The notes below the pieces were generated by a model. That model ran no database searches. It was not told the DNA's origin and worked only from the letters and a program-made list of their open reading frames with translations. A stretch of DNA of 39,079 nt, taken from NCBI GenBank assembly GCA_025963345.1, contig JAOPUS010000029.1:1-39079 (forward strand). The letters are read 5' to 3'. A program made the position numbers and the translations under genes. Shown in pieces: positions 38,493-39,079 of this stretch. This DNA comes from Blastococcus sp. (GTDB taxonomy: Bacteria > Actinomycetota > Actinomycetes > Mycobacteriales > Geodermatophilaceae). Each line of letters starts with the position of its first letter. Within the stretch, counting starts at the first letter, position 1.

Positions 38493-39079
38493 ATGGCCGT
38501 CGATGCCGATCGTCGCTCTCCGCCGTGCGTCCTGGTGATCTTCGGTGCCTCCGGAGACCTCACCGCACGCAAGCTCCTGCCCGCACTCGCGCGGCTGGCG
38601 GGCTACGGGGCGCTCCCTTCGGAAGTCGCGCTGATCGGCGTCGCCCGCACGCCCATGACCGACGACGAGTTCGGGGACCACTGTCGTCGCAGCGTGTCCG
38701 GTGAGGGCCACCCGCGATGGAAGGACCTGACCGCGACCGCCCGATACGTCAGCGGCGGCTACGACGACCCGGCCACCTACCAGCGGCTGGCCGACGTGCT
38801 GGCCGAATGCGATCAACGGCACGGGACCGCCGGCAACCGGGTCTACTACTTCTCCACGCCGCCCCGCCTGTTCGGGCCGATCGCGGTGAGCCTCGGCAAG
38901 GCGGGGCTCTCCGTGCCGGCCGGCGACACCTTCATCCGCGCGGTCATCGAGCAGCCGTTCGGCTGGGACGAGGCCAGCGCCCGCGAGCTCTACGTGGACC
39001 TCTCGTCGGCGTTCGTCGAGGAGCAGATCTTCCGGATCGACCACTACCTGGCGAAAGAGACGGTGCAGAACCTGCTCGC
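38493..39079 (+). CDS. zwf: Glucose-6-phosphate 1-dehydrogenase (5' part; runs off the window end)
   Basis: Translated by hand: VIFGASGDLTARKLLPAL, GVAR, YY.STPP, EQPFG, FRIDHYLAKETVQNLL. Confidence 0.95.
   Translation, partial: MAVDADRRSPPCVLVIFGASGDLTARKLLPALARLAGYGALPSEVALIGVARTPMTDDEFGDHCRRSVSGEGHPRWKDLTATARYVSGGYDDPATYQRLADVLAECDQRHGTAGNRVYYFSTPPRLFGPIAVSLGKAGLSVPAGDTFIRAVIEQPFGWDEASARELYVDLSSAFVEEQIFRIDHYLAKETVQNLL

Overview
High-GC actinobacterial chromosomal window, probably Geodermatophilaceae-like (my inference from gene content and style). It is mostly housekeeping and metabolic: an rpe-ribD-ribE-ribBA-ribH-hisE-hisG operon, a PucR-associated catabolic cluster, an XRE-HTH::MurA fusion, Acg, malQ, hrpB, an LLM oxidoreductase plus TreS-like pair, two TauE genes, LysR, a GGDEF-EAL protein and a partial zwf. 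I found no rRNA, tRNA, CRISPR array or transposase. The best candidate for an undescribed system is at 242-3234. There an ABC exporter is followed by a 41-aa Asp/Arg/His-rich micro-ORF missed by the ORF track (strong SD, 15-bp hairpin after it) and then a soluble atypical Hanks-type kinase, which is a RiPP-like precursor/modifier/exporter layout. Other signals read directly from the DNA: a perfect LexA box upstream of an unknown gene, a palindromic operator over the HTH-murA promoter, MarR- and LysR-type operator sets, a dispersed structured repeat with compensatory base changes, and a frameshifted PNPOx-like pseudogene. All family assignments come from motif recognition; no database searches were run.
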